Assembly (NCBI GenBank): GCA_050945495.1
Contig: JBMNTA010000001.1
Location: forward strand, 61,075-125,074
DNA: 64,000 nucleotides
Direction of reading: 5' to 3'
From: Saccharofermentanales bacterium
Lineage (GTDB): Bacteria; Bacillota; Clostridia; Saccharofermentanales; DTU023
Shown: positions 1-8,979 of the stretch, one piece after another
Numbering within the stretch: the first letter of the stretch is position 1
Layout: each line of letters starts with the position of its first letter
Program-made: the position numbers and the translations under genes
Notes under the pieces: model-generated
Seen by the model: only the letters and a program-made list of their open reading frames with translations
Told to the model about the DNA's origin: nothing
The model's database searches: none

Positions 1-814
1 GCATGTTGATGTCGCGGAACAGAATGCCGTACAGCGCGTCGTTCAACATGACGTCCAAGCGCTCCAAGGCGCCCATCACCGCAATCTCCGGCATGCACAG
101 ACCGGAACAGTAATTGCACAACCGCACGTAGCGGCCCAATTCGTCGCCGACCTCGTCCAAAGCGCGCCGCATCAAACGGAAGTTTTCCTGCGTGGCCATG
201 GTGCCGCCGAACCCTTCGGTCGTCGGCCCGTACGGGACGTAGTCCAAGAGGCTCTGTCCCGTCGTCCGAATGACGGCGATGACGTCGGCCCCCTGCCGCG
301 CGCACGCTTTCGCTTGCGTGATGTCTTCGTAGATGTTACCCGTCGCGACGATCGCATACAGCAAGGGACTCGGCCGTTCGCCGAATGCCTTGATCTTCGC
401 ATCGCGTGCGCGCCGATTGGCGCGAATTTTCTCCATCGCCCGAGGCACGCGTTGTTCGGCCCACAATCGACATTCGAAGGGATCGCGGGTTTCCCAACGC
501 GCGAGATCAATCTCGCCGCGGGCCACGCCCTCGGCGATGGCCTGGGGCGAAAGCCCCGTGCCCATCGATCCTTGCGCCAGCCAGTAGGCAACCCCCTGGC
601 CCAACACGCCCCGTTCGTGCAAATGATCCACCAGTACGTTGGGCAACGGCACGTCGAGCTCGTCGACGCCGTCCACGCCGAACAATCGCGCGATCGACCG
701 TTCCACGGTCACCGTGGTGTAGCGGTCCAGCGCGTCCACGACGTCGTCGGCGATGGCCGACGCGGCGTTGCGGGCACGGCGAACTTTATCCCAATCCAGT
801 CTCAGTTCTGCCAT
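1..814 (-). CDS. kamD: Lysine 5,6-aminomutase alpha subunit (KamD), N-terminal part; 3' end runs off the left edge
   Basis: Absent from the ORF track because there is no stop in the window. My minus-strand translation from ATG 814 is MAELRLDWDKVRRARNAASAIADDVVDALDRYTTVTVERSIARLFGVDG...YAIVATGNIYEDITQAKACARQGADVIAVIRTTGQSLLDYVPYGPTTEGFGGTMATQENFRLMRRALDEVG. AAGGAGG lies 4 nt upstream. The start overlaps the upstream gene's stop by 13 nt. The gene sits in a lysine-fermentation context. Confidence 0.8.
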   Translation of the reverse strand, partial: MAELRLDWDKVRRARNAASAIADDVVDALDRYTTVTVERSIARLFGVDGVDELDVPLPNVLVDHLHERGVLGQGVAYWLAQGSMGTGLSPQAIAEGVARGEIDLARWETRDPFECRLWAEQRVPRAMEKIRANRRARDAKIKAFGERPSPLLYAIVATGNIYEDITQAKACARQGADVIAVIRTTGQSLLDYVPYGPTTEGFGGTMATQENFRLMRRALDEVGDELGRYVRLCNYCSGLCMPEIAVMGALERLDVMLNDALYGILFRDINM

Positions 815-2292
815 GACGCCTCCTTATCATCTTTCGATGGACGTTCGATGAGGTCGAGGATGTCCTCGTCGAGTCCGAGCCAGGTCGCGATGCGAATGGC
901 GTCGGTCGGCACCGGATGCGCCCCGTCGACGACGTCCAACGTGTAATCCATCATGTGTTCAATATGCCGAATGGCCGCTTCGTCCGACCGTTCGCCGCCT
1001 TGGTCTGTACGCGCTTCGGCGAGCGCTTCCTCCAACCGAATGCCGCGAATGCGCACGTGCTGAATGCGATCGCCCGCGGGCGTCCTGTAATGCGTCGCCA
1101 CGAGAAGCGACCCCGATTGCCGCGCATAAAATCGACAAATCGCCGCGATCAGGGCGGTCGCTTCTTCGGGGTTGGTCCCACGGCACGGTTCATCCATGAC
1201 GACCAGCCCGGGCGATCGTTTGGCCCGCGTCGCGTCGTCGCGCATGCGCACCACCTCGGCGCCGAACGATGACAATCCCTTGCGCGTCGTATCGACGTGA
1301 TCGGACGCATAGCTGATGAAATCGAACAAGGGCGTTTCGGCCGACGCCGCGGGCGGGAAATACCCCATGTGAATCAAGGTCAAGGCGAGCGTCACCGCTT
1401 TCAGGGTCACGCTCTTGCCGCCCATGTTGGGTCCCGACAAGACCGTCGTGCCCTGCGGAAGCGTCATGGTTTGGCGCGCATACGTCGCGCCCCGCGCTTC
1501 CAGCGCATCGGCGATCACGGGGTGCCAACACGCTTCCAGAACGCACGGTTCCCCCGTGGCGAGGATGCGCGGCCTCGGCGCCTTCCACTCAACCGCCAAC
1601 ACGGCCCGCGCAAGTCGGAAGTCCAAAATCCCGACGGCGCGGAAATTCTCCGACATCGTCTCCGCGAAGGGACGTAACGTCTCGCAAATCGCCCCGCGCA
1701 CCCGCGTCTCTTCTGCGTCTTCCGCTTCGATCAGGCGTGCGCGCTCGTCCAAGAGTTCGGCGCGCAGCGCCGCGTCGGCCTTGGCCATGGCGCGTTCGAT
1801 GCGCGACCGGTCGGCCCGCAGCGCGCTCAGTTCCGGGGAATATTGATCGTACACATAAAATCCTTGCGTTCCGACGCCCGAGGGATCCAAGGTCGCTTCG
1901 GCCGCCTCCAACGGCGTCAGCGTCACCCCCGCGTCGGCCAACAACCGGTCGTGTTCGCGCAATTGTCGGAAAAGCTTTAAGGCCTGTTTGATTTCAAACA
2001 ACTCGGTGACATCGAGCAGACGACCTTCGGACAGCCCCGTCACGGTCTGATGCACGTCGCGGAAATGCGACAAAATGCCCGCGACCCGCCGAACATCGCG
2101 GGGCGCGTTCACGACCCACACGACCAGACGCTCGATCGCATCGAACGTCGCTTCCAACGCCGCCCGATCGTCGGGGCCGTGGAAACGGCGCGCCATCTTC
2201 AAGCGCCGCCCTTGCGGCGAATGACAACGGCACGCTTCCAGCGCGTCGTCGAGGCCCAGCCGGGCGCGATCTTCTTGTCGGACGATCAACAT
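802..2292 (-). CDS. MutS domain V-like ATPase (MutS-related protein of lysine-fermentation clusters)
   Basis: Walker A GPNMGGKSVTLKAV and Walker B VVMDEPCRGTNPEE followed by ATHY. Start re-set to ATG 2292 (MLIVRQEDRARLG) because the upstream gene stops at 2309. The tracked start at 2403 would overlap that gene by 95 nt. Confidence 0.8.
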   Translation of the reverse strand: MLIVRQEDRARLGLDDALEACRCHSPQGRRLKMARRFHGPDDRAALEATFDAIERLVVWVVNAPRDVRRVAGILSHFRDVHQTVTGLSEGRLLDVTELFEIKQALKLFRQLREHDRLLADAGVTLTPLEAAEATLDPSGVGTQGFYVYDQYSPELSALRADRSRIERAMAKADAALRAELLDERARLIEAEDAEETRVRGAICETLRPFAETMSENFRAVGILDFRLARAVLAVEWKAPRPRILATGEPCVLEACWHPVIADALEARGATYARQTMTLPQGTTVLSGPNMGGKSVTLKAVTLALTLIHMGYFPPAASAETPLFDFISYASDHVDTTRKGLSSFGAEVVRMRDDATRAKRSPGLVVMDEPCRGTNPEEATALIAAICRFYARQSGSLLVATHYRTPAGDRIQHVRIRGIRLEEALAEARTDQGGERSDEAAIRHIEHMMDYTLDVVDGAHPVPTDAIRIATWLGLDEDILDLIERPSKDDKEASWQN

Positions 2293-2308
2293 CGTGGCCG
2301 CCTTTCTC

Positions 2309-3385
2309 TCACACAAGCGCCGGACCGAGGTTGACCACCGGTCGGTCGATGACCGAACCGACGGCGTCTGCCAATCGATCCCCGTCCGCCACGCTGCCGT
2401 CACGCCGCATCGGATTGACGGCCACCAACGGCACCTCCAACGGGTGCAACACGTTGAGGGTCACCCGCCGACGGCGCAAGCGCCTGAGGCGTTTCGTGGT
2501 CACAAAGAACCGCGTGCCGTCTTCCGCGATAAGCGTCATGTCGGCCAGCGCACGGTTCGTCAACAGTCGATCGATCAACGTATCGGTGACGGCCCCGGCC
2601 AACAACAGGGCGCGATCGCCCGCTTCGACCAACGAGGCGATGTGATCACCGTGACCGACGAGCGACGGCAATGCGTGCACGGCGCGGATCTCGCCGTCGG
2701 CGTTCACCGCGACGACGCGCGCATCCGCCATGGCCTCCAGGGATGCCGTCAGCCGCGTGCGCAACGGGTCCGCGACGGCCGGCAGCGTCAACAGCGCCAT
2801 CATTTCGGCGGTGCGTTCGGCCAATGCGTCCATGGATCCGGCGTTGGCCATGCCGGCCACCAGGATCGCCGCCTCCGTCAACCCTCCGCCGGCGGGCGAC
2901 TGACGCGACAGCGCGCCGTCCACGAGGAACAGGCCGTCGGGTTCGATTTCGCGACATAAGCGCTCGCAGCGGGTCAGTTCGGGAGCGATCGACGGACCGG
3001 CCAATTCGACGTAGCCCGCCGTCCGCGCACGTGCGAGCACCACTTCGCCCGCCGCCGTCAAGATCTTGGTCAACGCCAACACTTCCAACCCGGCATCGCA
3101 ACGCACGAGGGCGTCGCGCGCCGTCGCAATCAGGGTCGACGGTTGCACGAAGATCCGCGGCTTGACGCCGCCGGTGACGATGTCTTCGTCTTCGCCGTCA
3201 CGGCCGATCGACGTGAGCGCCAACGGCCTCGGCAAGGCGAGCTCCGCACAGGCGGCCAAAAGATGGTTCAAGACCGTCGTTTTGCCGGCATTTTTGCCCG
3301 TGCCGATGATCGCAAGCGAACGCCGCGTCATGAGCCCGAGCGCGTCGACCCAATCGATCGCGTCTGTGGTGCGCCGCTTCATCAT
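2309..3385 (-). CDS. P-loop NTPase of unknown function (conserved partner of the MutS-like gene)
   Basis: 358 aa with Walker A IIGTGKNAGKTTVLNHL near the N-terminus. Its start abuts the kamA stop (3386) with no gap. Confidence 0.7.
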   Translation of the reverse strand: MMKRRTTDAIDWVDALGLMTRRSLAIIGTGKNAGKTTVLNHLLAACAELALPRPLALTSIGRDGEDEDIVTGGVKPRIFVQPSTLIATARDALVRCDAGLEVLALTKILTAAGEVVLARARTAGYVELAGPSIAPELTRCERLCREIEPDGLFLVDGALSRQSPAGGGLTEAAILVAGMANAGSMDALAERTAEMMALLTLPAVADPLRTRLTASLEAMADARVVAVNADGEIRAVHALPSLVGHGDHIASLVEAGDRALLLAGAVTDTLIDRLLTNRALADMTLIAEDGTRFFVTTKRLRRLRRRRVTLNVLHPLEVPLVAVNPMRRDGSVADGDRLADAVGSVIDRPVVNLGPALV

Positions 3386-4684
3386 CTAGGCATACTCGAC
3401 GTCGTCTTCGACTTTGATCTTGCGCAAGAGCACCTCCGGTTCGATCGAAGGTTCTTGCCCTTCCAAAAGCCCCGACACGCCGATCATCTTGATCTTCTGC
3501 TCGCCGCGACAGACCGGGCATTGGCACGGCGTGTCGTCGCGGATCACGGGCTCCGTGTACGTCGTGATGACGCCTTCGTAGTTCCGCAGCACGACCTTGG
3601 TCGGGCTCTGCGAAATCAGGTAATTCGGCATGACGGGGATCTTCCCGCCGCCGCCCGGCGCGTCGACAACAAACGTCGGAACGCAAAAGCCCGACGTGTG
3701 ACCGCGCAGGCCTTCCATGATCTCGATGCCTTTCGACACGGATGTACGGAAGTGCGAGATGCCCACCGACAGGTCGCATTGATAGATGTAGTACGGACGC
3801 ACGCGAATCCACGCGAGGCCGTTCACCAGCCGGCGCATAACGTGCACGCAGTCATTGATGCCGCGCATCAGGACCGATTGGTTGCCCAACGGAATCCCGG
3901 CGTCGGCCATGCGCGCGCAAGCCGCGCGGCTCTCCGGCGTGATTTCATTCGGATGGTTGAACTGCATGTTCACCCACACGGGCTCGTAGCGCTTGAGCAT
4001 CGCACACAGTTCCGGGGTGATGCGCTGCGGCATCACGACGGGCGTCCGGGTGCCCAAGCGAATGATCTCGACGTGCTCAATCGCGCGGAGTTCTTTCAAG
4101 ATGTATTCCAAGCGGTCGTCGCTCATCAGGAGCGCGTCGCCGCCGGACAACAAGACGTCGCGGACGAGCGGGTGCTCGCGGATGTAGTCGATGCAGGCAT
4201 CGATTTCTTCGAGGCTCCGCGCGCCGTCGCGCTCGCCGGCGAGCCGGCGGCGCGTGCAGTGCCGACAATACATCGAGCACATGTCCGTGATCAGAAACAA
4301 GACGCGGTCGGGGTACCGATGCGTCAAGCCGAACACGGGCGAATCGCCGTCTTCTTCCAGCGGATCGTCCAGGTCTTCCTTCGCCAGTTCCGTCTCATGG
4401 ATCGTCGGGACCGCCTGTTTGCGAATCGGATCGTTCGGATCGTCGGGATCGATCAACGTCAAGTAATAGGGCGTGATCGCCATGCGAAATTTTTCCAACG
4501 CCAAGCGCGCGCCCTCGACCTCTTCGTCCGTCATCGGAATCAATCGCTGAAGCTCGTCCAGCGTGGTGATGCGGTGTTTCACCTGCCACGACCACTGATT
4601 CCAATCTTCATCGGGGACGTCGGGAAACAGGTGTTCCCGACGTGCGCGGCCCATCGTGTTTACGTATTTGTCTTCTGCTCTCAT
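3386..4684 (-). CDS. kamA: L-lysine 2,3-aminomutase (radical SAM, PLP)
   Basis: 432 aa. Radical SAM motif CSMYCRHCTRRR. N-terminal WNQWSWQVKHRITTLDEL and PYYLTLIDPDDPNDPIRKQAVP are typical of the KamA family. Confidence 0.93.
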   Translation of the reverse strand: MRAEDKYVNTMGRARREHLFPDVPDEDWNQWSWQVKHRITTLDELQRLIPMTDEEVEGARLALEKFRMAITPYYLTLIDPDDPNDPIRKQAVPTIHETELAKEDLDDPLEEDGDSPVFGLTHRYPDRVLFLITDMCSMYCRHCTRRRLAGERDGARSLEEIDACIDYIREHPLVRDVLLSGGDALLMSDDRLEYILKELRAIEHVEIIRLGTRTPVVMPQRITPELCAMLKRYEPVWVNMQFNHPNEITPESRAACARMADAGIPLGNQSVLMRGINDCVHVMRRLVNGLAWIRVRPYYIYQCDLSVGISHFRTSVSKGIEIMEGLRGHTSGFCVPTFVVDAPGGGGKIPVMPNYLISQSPTKVVLRNYEGVITTYTEPVIRDDTPCQCPVCRGEQKIKMIGVSGLLEGQEPSIEPEVLLRKIKVEDDVEYA

Positions 4685-4729
4685 CGCTCTCTCCTCTTTC
4701 TTTCATCGATCGCGTTTGAGCGGATCCGT

Positions 4730-5764
4730 TTATACGTATTGCGTCTCGAAAATCTTTTTCAAAGCCTCGCTCTCGCGCAGCTCCTGAATCGAAAACTCCG
4801 CGTGATTTTTCGTGTAACCGTTGCCGACGATCATGGTGACGTCTTTGCCGACGCCCTCGGCGCCCAACGCGGCGCGCGTGAAGCTCGTGGCCATGCTGAA
4901 GAAATACACGAGGCCGCCTTCGCGACAGGGCAGGATCGACGACATCTCGGTCCCGTCGATGTTGACGACATTGATGACGACGTCGTACTCTCGGCCGTCA
5001 TTGGCCGCCAACGCGCCTTCCAACACCTCCATCGGGTTCTGCGCGTCCGCCACGAAGTATTTGTGCAAAAGCCCGTTGTCCAGCATCTTCGCTTTATGGC
5101 GATCGTTGCGGCTCATGCCGACGACGTTGCCGCACGGACCGACGCGTTTCATGGCTTCGTAACCGCAGAGCATGCCGCTCTTGCCGCCCGCGCCCAGAAT
5201 AAGAACGCTGTCGCCCGGCTTGACGATTTTGGCCGTTTGGGCCGGCGCACCGGCGACGTCCAACACCGCCAACGCGAGGTTTTCACTCATGTCGTCGGGC
5301 AATTTCGCATAGATGCCGCTTTCAAACAAAATGGCCTGCCCCTTGACTTCGACGCGTTCGATCTCGGGGTACACGCCCGTGATCGCTTCGATCTTCAGCG
5401 GCGTGAGCGAGAGCGACACGAGGGTGGCGATGCGATCGCCGACCTTGAGATCGCGATCTTTCAACGCCGGCCCGATCTCCGCGATCGAACCCATCAGCAT
5501 GCCGCCCGAGCCCGTCACCGGGTTTTGCATTTTTCCGCGCTCGTTCACGATCGCGATGATGCTCTCTTTCAGGCGATCTTCGTCGCCCTCGGCCGCTTCC
5601 CACAACTGACGGAAGCTTGCGGCGTCGATGTTCAATGCCGACACGTCGACCAAGATCTCATTGTCGTAGATCTCCATCGTGTTATCGATTTTTTGTGCCG
5701 CTTGCGGCAGAAGTCCCTTCGGTTCCAACACGCGATGCGCGCCGTATTTGTTGCCTTGTTTCAT
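4730..5764 (-). CDS. kdd: 3,5-diaminohexanoate dehydrogenase
   Basis: 344 aa from ATG 5764 (MKQGNKYGAHRVLEPKG). AAAGGA RBS. The upstream gene stops at 5784. Rossmann motif ILGAGGKSGMLC. Sits between kce and kamA. Confidence 0.85.
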   Translation of the reverse strand: MKQGNKYGAHRVLEPKGLLPQAAQKIDNTMEIYDNEILVDVSALNIDAASFRQLWEAAEGDEDRLKESIIAIVNERGKMQNPVTGSGGMLMGSIAEIGPALKDRDLKVGDRIATLVSLSLTPLKIEAITGVYPEIERVEVKGQAILFESGIYAKLPDDMSENLALAVLDVAGAPAQTAKIVKPGDSVLILGAGGKSGMLCGYEAMKRVGPCGNVVGMSRNDRHKAKMLDNGLLHKYFVADAQNPMEVLEGALAANDGREYDVVINVVNIDGTEMSSILPCREGGLVYFFSMATSFTRAALGAEGVGKDVTMIVGNGYTKNHAEFSIQELRESEALKKIFETQYV

Positions 5765-5783
5765 AAGTCGTCCTTTCGAAAGA

Positions 5784-6611
5784 TCAGCGCCGAGGCGGCA
5801 GCTGGAGGATTTCGCGCGCCTCATCCGGCGTCGCGACGTCGAGGTTCATTTCGTGCGCGATGCGCACCAAACGGGCCACCAATTCACCGTTGCTCTTCGC
5901 GTTCACGCGGCGAGCGTATTGCAAGTTATCTTCAAACCCCGTGCGAGGATGTCCGCCCATGGCCATGGCCATGACGTTCATCGGCAGCTGGTGACGCCCC
6001 ATGCCCGAGACGGTAAACGTCGCCTCCGGCGGCAGGGAGTTCGCGAGGAACAACAGGTCGCGCGGCGTCGCCGCGGCACCGCCGTTGACGCCCAAGACGA
6101 TGTTGAAGTGGTGCGGGCCTTGGATGTAGCCCTTCTTGATCAAGCGAAGCGCCAAATCGATGTGCCCTTTTTCAAAGCACTCGAGCTCGGGGCGAATGTT
6201 GCGTTCGCGCATGCGCTCCGCAAATTCGATGATCATGTTTTCGGTGTTGACGAAGATCTCGTCGCCGCCGAAGTTCAGCGTGCCGCAGTCGAGGCTCGCC
6301 ATTTCGGGATTCAGCTCGGTGGGTTGCAACCGCTCGTCCGCCGACATGCCGGTCGCCCCGCCCGTCGAGGGCTGAATGATGACGTCGGGACACGCCTCGG
6401 CGATGGCGTCCATGATGAGACGGAAGCGCTCGCGATCTTGGGTCGGCGTGCCGTCGTCCCAGCGCGCGTGCAAGTGGATGATCGCCGCGCCGGCATCGGC
6501 CGCCGATTTGGCTTCGCGCACGTACTCTTCGACCGTGTACGGGACGGCCGGGTTCATTTCTTGCGTGACTTCGGCGCCGCTGATGGCCGCCGTGATGATG
6601 ATTTTGTCCAT
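5784..6611 (-). CDS. kce: 3-keto-5-aminohexanoate cleavage enzyme (BKACE/DUF849 family)
   Basis: 275 aa from ATG 6611 (MDKIIITAAISGAEVT...IIHLHARWDDGTP). GAGAGGA RBS between the kal stop (6630) and this ATG. Confidence 0.88.
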   Translation of the reverse strand: MDKIIITAAISGAEVTQEMNPAVPYTVEEYVREAKSAADAGAAIIHLHARWDDGTPTQDRERFRLIMDAIAEACPDVIIQPSTGGATGMSADERLQPTELNPEMASLDCGTLNFGGDEIFVNTENMIIEFAERMRERNIRPELECFEKGHIDLALRLIKKGYIQGPHHFNIVLGVNGGAAATPRDLLFLANSLPPEATFTVSGMGRHQLPMNVMAMAMGGHPRTGFEDNLQYARRVNAKSNGELVARLVRIAHEMNLDVATPDEAREILQLPPRR

Positions 6612-6629
6612 AATGTATCCTCTCTGCAT

Positions 6630-7010
6630 TTATTTCCGCTGTTTGGCTTTCGGCGTGATGCACGTCCCTGTCGCTTGACAGACCAAAACAGGTTCTTCCA
6701 AAACGTCGGCCGCCGAATCCGAGATGTCGGGACGCGGCGTGATGATCTTCCATGCTTCAAATTTCATGCGGCGAGAACTGTTGCCTTCGTCGGTGATCCA
6801 GCCTTTGGCTTCGATGAAGTCGCCGGCCTGAACGGGCGCCAAGAAGTCGACGCTGTCATAAGCTCGAAAGAGCCCTTCATCTCCGTCACGGCGAATCAAT
6901 AATTCGGTCGCGACGTCCCCAAATAGTTTCAACATGTGGGCTCCGTCGACGAGTCCGCCGCCGTAATGGGCGTCGGCGGCACTGATACGAACGCGAATGG
7001 TTGCTTGCAT
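6630..7010 (-). CDS. kal: 3-aminobutyryl-CoA ammonia-lyase (hot-dog fold)
   Basis: 126 aa from ATG 7010 ([32 protein letters not shown]...). GGAGGAGG RBS. The tracked 208-aa ORF extends into the riboswitch leader and is rejected. First gene of the operon. Confidence 0.8.
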   Translation of the reverse strand: MQATIRVRISAADAHYGGGLVDGAHMLKLFGDVATELLIRRDGDEGLFRAYDSVDFLAPVQAGDFIEAKGWITDEGNSSRRMKFEAWKIITPRPDISDSAADVLEEPVLVCQATGTCITPKAKQRK

Positions 7011-7036
7011 CTTGTTTCCTCCTCCGGGCTTTTTTA

Positions 7037-7086
7037 CAAAAAATAAAAGCGCTCGCATTTTCCTTTTGAAAAACGCATAGCGCTTC
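7037..7086 (-). terminator. Intrinsic terminator forming the expression platform of the lysine riboswitch
   Basis: Minus-strand RNA AAGCGCUAUGCGUUUUUC-AAAAG-GAAAAUGCGAGCGCUU followed by UUUAUUUUUU. It lies about 25 nt upstream of the kal RBS. Confidence 0.75.
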
Positions 7087-7089
7087 ATG

Positions 7090-7245
7090 CCAAGCATGAC
7101 AGTAAATCGTCCTTCGTCCGACCTACCAGAGATAACGCACGGGATCGCACGCTCCCCTTCGGCAACGGATACTTCAACGCCACCCCGATCCCGGGTCTCG
7201 TCGCGCCTACCCATCCGTCGCGCCTCTATCGTTGGATTGTACGCA
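7090..7245 (-). promoter_or_regulatory. Lysine riboswitch (L-box) aptamer
   Basis: Minus strand reads ...CCAACGAUAGAGGCGCGACGGAUGGGUAGGCGCG...GGGGUGGCGUUGAAGUAUCC...GCCGAAGGGGAGCGUGCG...CUCUGGUAGGUCGG...UUUACUGUCAUGCUUGG. It has the AGAGGCGC, GAAGGGGAGCG and CUGUCA core blocks. P1 pairing is CCAA..GAUAG with CUGUC..UUGG. Matched by eye to the lysC-type L-box. Confidence 0.8.
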
Positions 7246-7303
7246 TCCCGAACCAAATTGTGGCCGTGAGAACTAAGAGGCGTTCCCCCTCGGACGCTTT
7301 AAT

Positions 7304-7311
7304 ATTATACA
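7304..7311 (-). promoter_or_regulatory. Extended -10 promoter element (TGTATAAT) for the riboswitch and lysine operon
   Basis: Minus strand ACATGTATAATATT, about 55 nt upstream of the aptamer. Confidence 0.55.
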
Positions 7312-7421
7312 TGTAAAATATGGCGATCCGCAACCAATTTCAGAAAATTCACCCCATCGCTCCCCCCCGTCTGGTATCATCGACGCACATCATCACATCC
7401 CCGTGTCGAAAGGAGTCGACC

Positions 7422-7838
7422 ATGCGTTCCTACCGCAAAACACTCACCCTCAACACGAAGACGCGCCGCGCCTACGTGAACATCACTTCCCGGGTGCAGG
7501 AAGCCCTCCGCGAAAGCGGCATCCAAGAAGGGCTCTGCCTCGTCAATGCCATGCACATCACCGCCAGCGTTTTCATCAATGACGACGAATCGGGGCTGCA
7601 CCGCGACTTCGAGCGTTGGCTCGAAGGCCTGGCTCCCGAAAAACCATACGAGCAATACGACCACAACGGATACGAAGACAACGCCGACGCCCACTTGAAG
7701 CGCAGCGTGATGGGACGCGAAGTCGTCGTCGCGGTGACGGAAGGCCGCCTCGATTTCGGCCCGTGGGAGCAAATTTTTTACGGCGAATTCGACGGCATGC
7801 GTCCGAAGCGCATTCTCATCAAAATCATCGGCGAATAA
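7422..7838 (+). CDS. yjbQ: YjbQ/UPF0047 family protein (secondary thiamine-phosphate synthase-like)
   Basis: 138 aa from ATG 7422 ([29 protein letters not shown]...[19 protein letters not shown]...RILIKIIGE). AAAGGAG RBS. The tracked start at 7320 lies inside the divergent promoter. Confidence 0.85.
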   Translation: MRSYRKTLTLNTKTRRAYVNITSRVQEALRESGIQEGLCLVNAMHITASVFINDDESGLHRDFERWLEGLAPEKPYEQYDHNGYEDNADAHLKRSVMGREVVVAVTEGRLDFGPWEQIFYGEFDGMRPKRILIKIIGE

Positions 7839-7841
7839 AAA

Positions 7842-7867
7842 GGGCCGCCTCCCGAATGAGACGGCCC
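7842..7867. terminator. Hairpin between convergent yjbQ and tdh
   Basis: GGGCCG-N14-CGGCCC, preceded by AAAAA. Confidence 0.45.
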
Positions 7868-7897
7868 CCATCTTGGGGCGACCGAGGCGCCACGCCG

Positions 7898-8848
7898 TCA
7901 GCCGAGTTTTTTCTTCAACTGTTCGAGCATGTCGGACGTCATGGCGGCGAGGTCGTAATCGGGCGACCAGCCCCATTCCTCACGCGCGCACGAGTCGTCC
8001 ATCGAGTTCGGCCATGAATCGGCGATCGCCTGGCGAACGGGGTCGACGTCGTACGAGAGCTCAAACGACGGGATGTGCTTTTTGATCTCGGCCGCGACAT
8101 GTTCGGGCGCAAAACTCATCGACGAAATGTTGAACGCGTTGCGATGTTGCAAGCGCGCCGGATCGGCCTCCAGCAACATGGTGAACGCCTTCAGGCAATC
8201 GGGCATGTACATCATGTCCATGTACGTCCCTTCGGCGATGTAACTCGTGTAGCTGCCTTTTTTGATGGCATCGTAGTAGATGTGGACGGCGTAGTCGGTC
8301 GTGCCGCCGCCGGGCAGTGCCTTGTAGGAAATGAGCCCCGGCAGACGGACGCCGCGCGTGTCGACGCCGAAGCGTGTGTGGTAATAATCGCAGAGCAATT
8401 CGCCCGCGACTTTCGTCACGCCGTAAATCGTGTTGGGACGTTGAATGGTATCTTGCGGGGTCTGATCTTGCGGGGTCTGTTCACCGAACGCGGCGATCGA
8501 ACTGGGCGTAAACACCGTCAGTTCCTTCTCGCGCGCCACTTCCAAGACATTGTACAAGCCGTTTAAGTTGACGTTGAAGGCCAATTGCGGACGTTGTTCC
8601 CCCACGGCCGACAGAATCGCGGCCAAATGAATGACGGTGTCGACGTGATGTTTGTCACAGATCTCCCCGATGCGTTGCGCGTCCAGCACATCGAGCTGCT
8701 CAAACGGACCGGATTCCATCACCTCGGGAACATCTTTGACAACCAGGTCCGACGCCACAACGTTGTCGTCGCCGTAACGCTTTCGGAAATGCAGCGTCAA
8801 TTCCGTACCGATTTGACCGAGCGACCCGGTCAACAATACCTTTCTCAT
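7898..8848 (-). CDS. tdh: L-threonine 3-dehydrogenase, SDR/epimerase-type
   Basis: 316 aa. Contains MRKVLLTGSLGQIGTEL, YGVTKVAGELL (catalytic YxxxK) and PGGGTTDYAVHIYY. The overall pattern matches the short-chain TDH family. Confidence 0.8.
   Translation of the reverse strand: MRKVLLTGSLGQIGTELTLHFRKRYGDDNVVASDLVVKDVPEVMESGPFEQLDVLDAQRIGEICDKHHVDTVIHLAAILSAVGEQRPQLAFNVNLNGLYNVLEVAREKELTVFTPSSIAAFGEQTPQDQTPQDTIQRPNTIYGVTKVAGELLCDYYHTRFGVDTRGVRLPGLISYKALPGGGTTDYAVHIYYDAIKKGSYTSYIAEGTYMDMMYMPDCLKAFTMLLEADPARLQHRNAFNISSMSFAPEHVAAEIKKHIPSFELSYDVDPVRQAIADSWPNSMDDSCAREEWGWSPDYDLAAMTSDMLEQLKKKLG
8451..8480 (-). repeat. 15-bp tandem duplication inside tdh (in-frame QTPQD QTPQD)
   Basis: Plus strand tcttgcggggtctga / tcttgcggggtctgt, 14 of 15 identical. 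Confidence 0.9.
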
Positions 8849-8943
8849 GATTCCCCTCCAAGTTAATCCTTCGGGTGTTTACACCCGGGCGTTCTGCCGT
8901 CATTGTATCACAGGGGTCGGCCGCCGAACGCACGGGCTCCGTC

Positions 8944-8971
8944 GAAAAAACGACCTTCCGAGGAAGGCCGT
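8944..8971 (-). terminator. Intrinsic terminator after the 243-aa hypothetical gene
   Basis: Minus strand ACGGCCUUC-CUCG-GAAGGUCGU followed by UUUUUU. A TGATACAAT extended -10 for tdh follows (attgta at 8902-8907). Confidence 0.75.
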
Positions 8972-8979
8972 CGATCGTG

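Noticed and set aside
3143-5974. 943-aa plus-strand ORF, the longest in the window
   Set aside because: It lies entirely antisense to kamA, kdd and kce, which have unmistakable family motifs. Its translation is Arg/Ala/His/Asp-rich low-information sequence with no motif. It is a typical high-GC shadow ORF.
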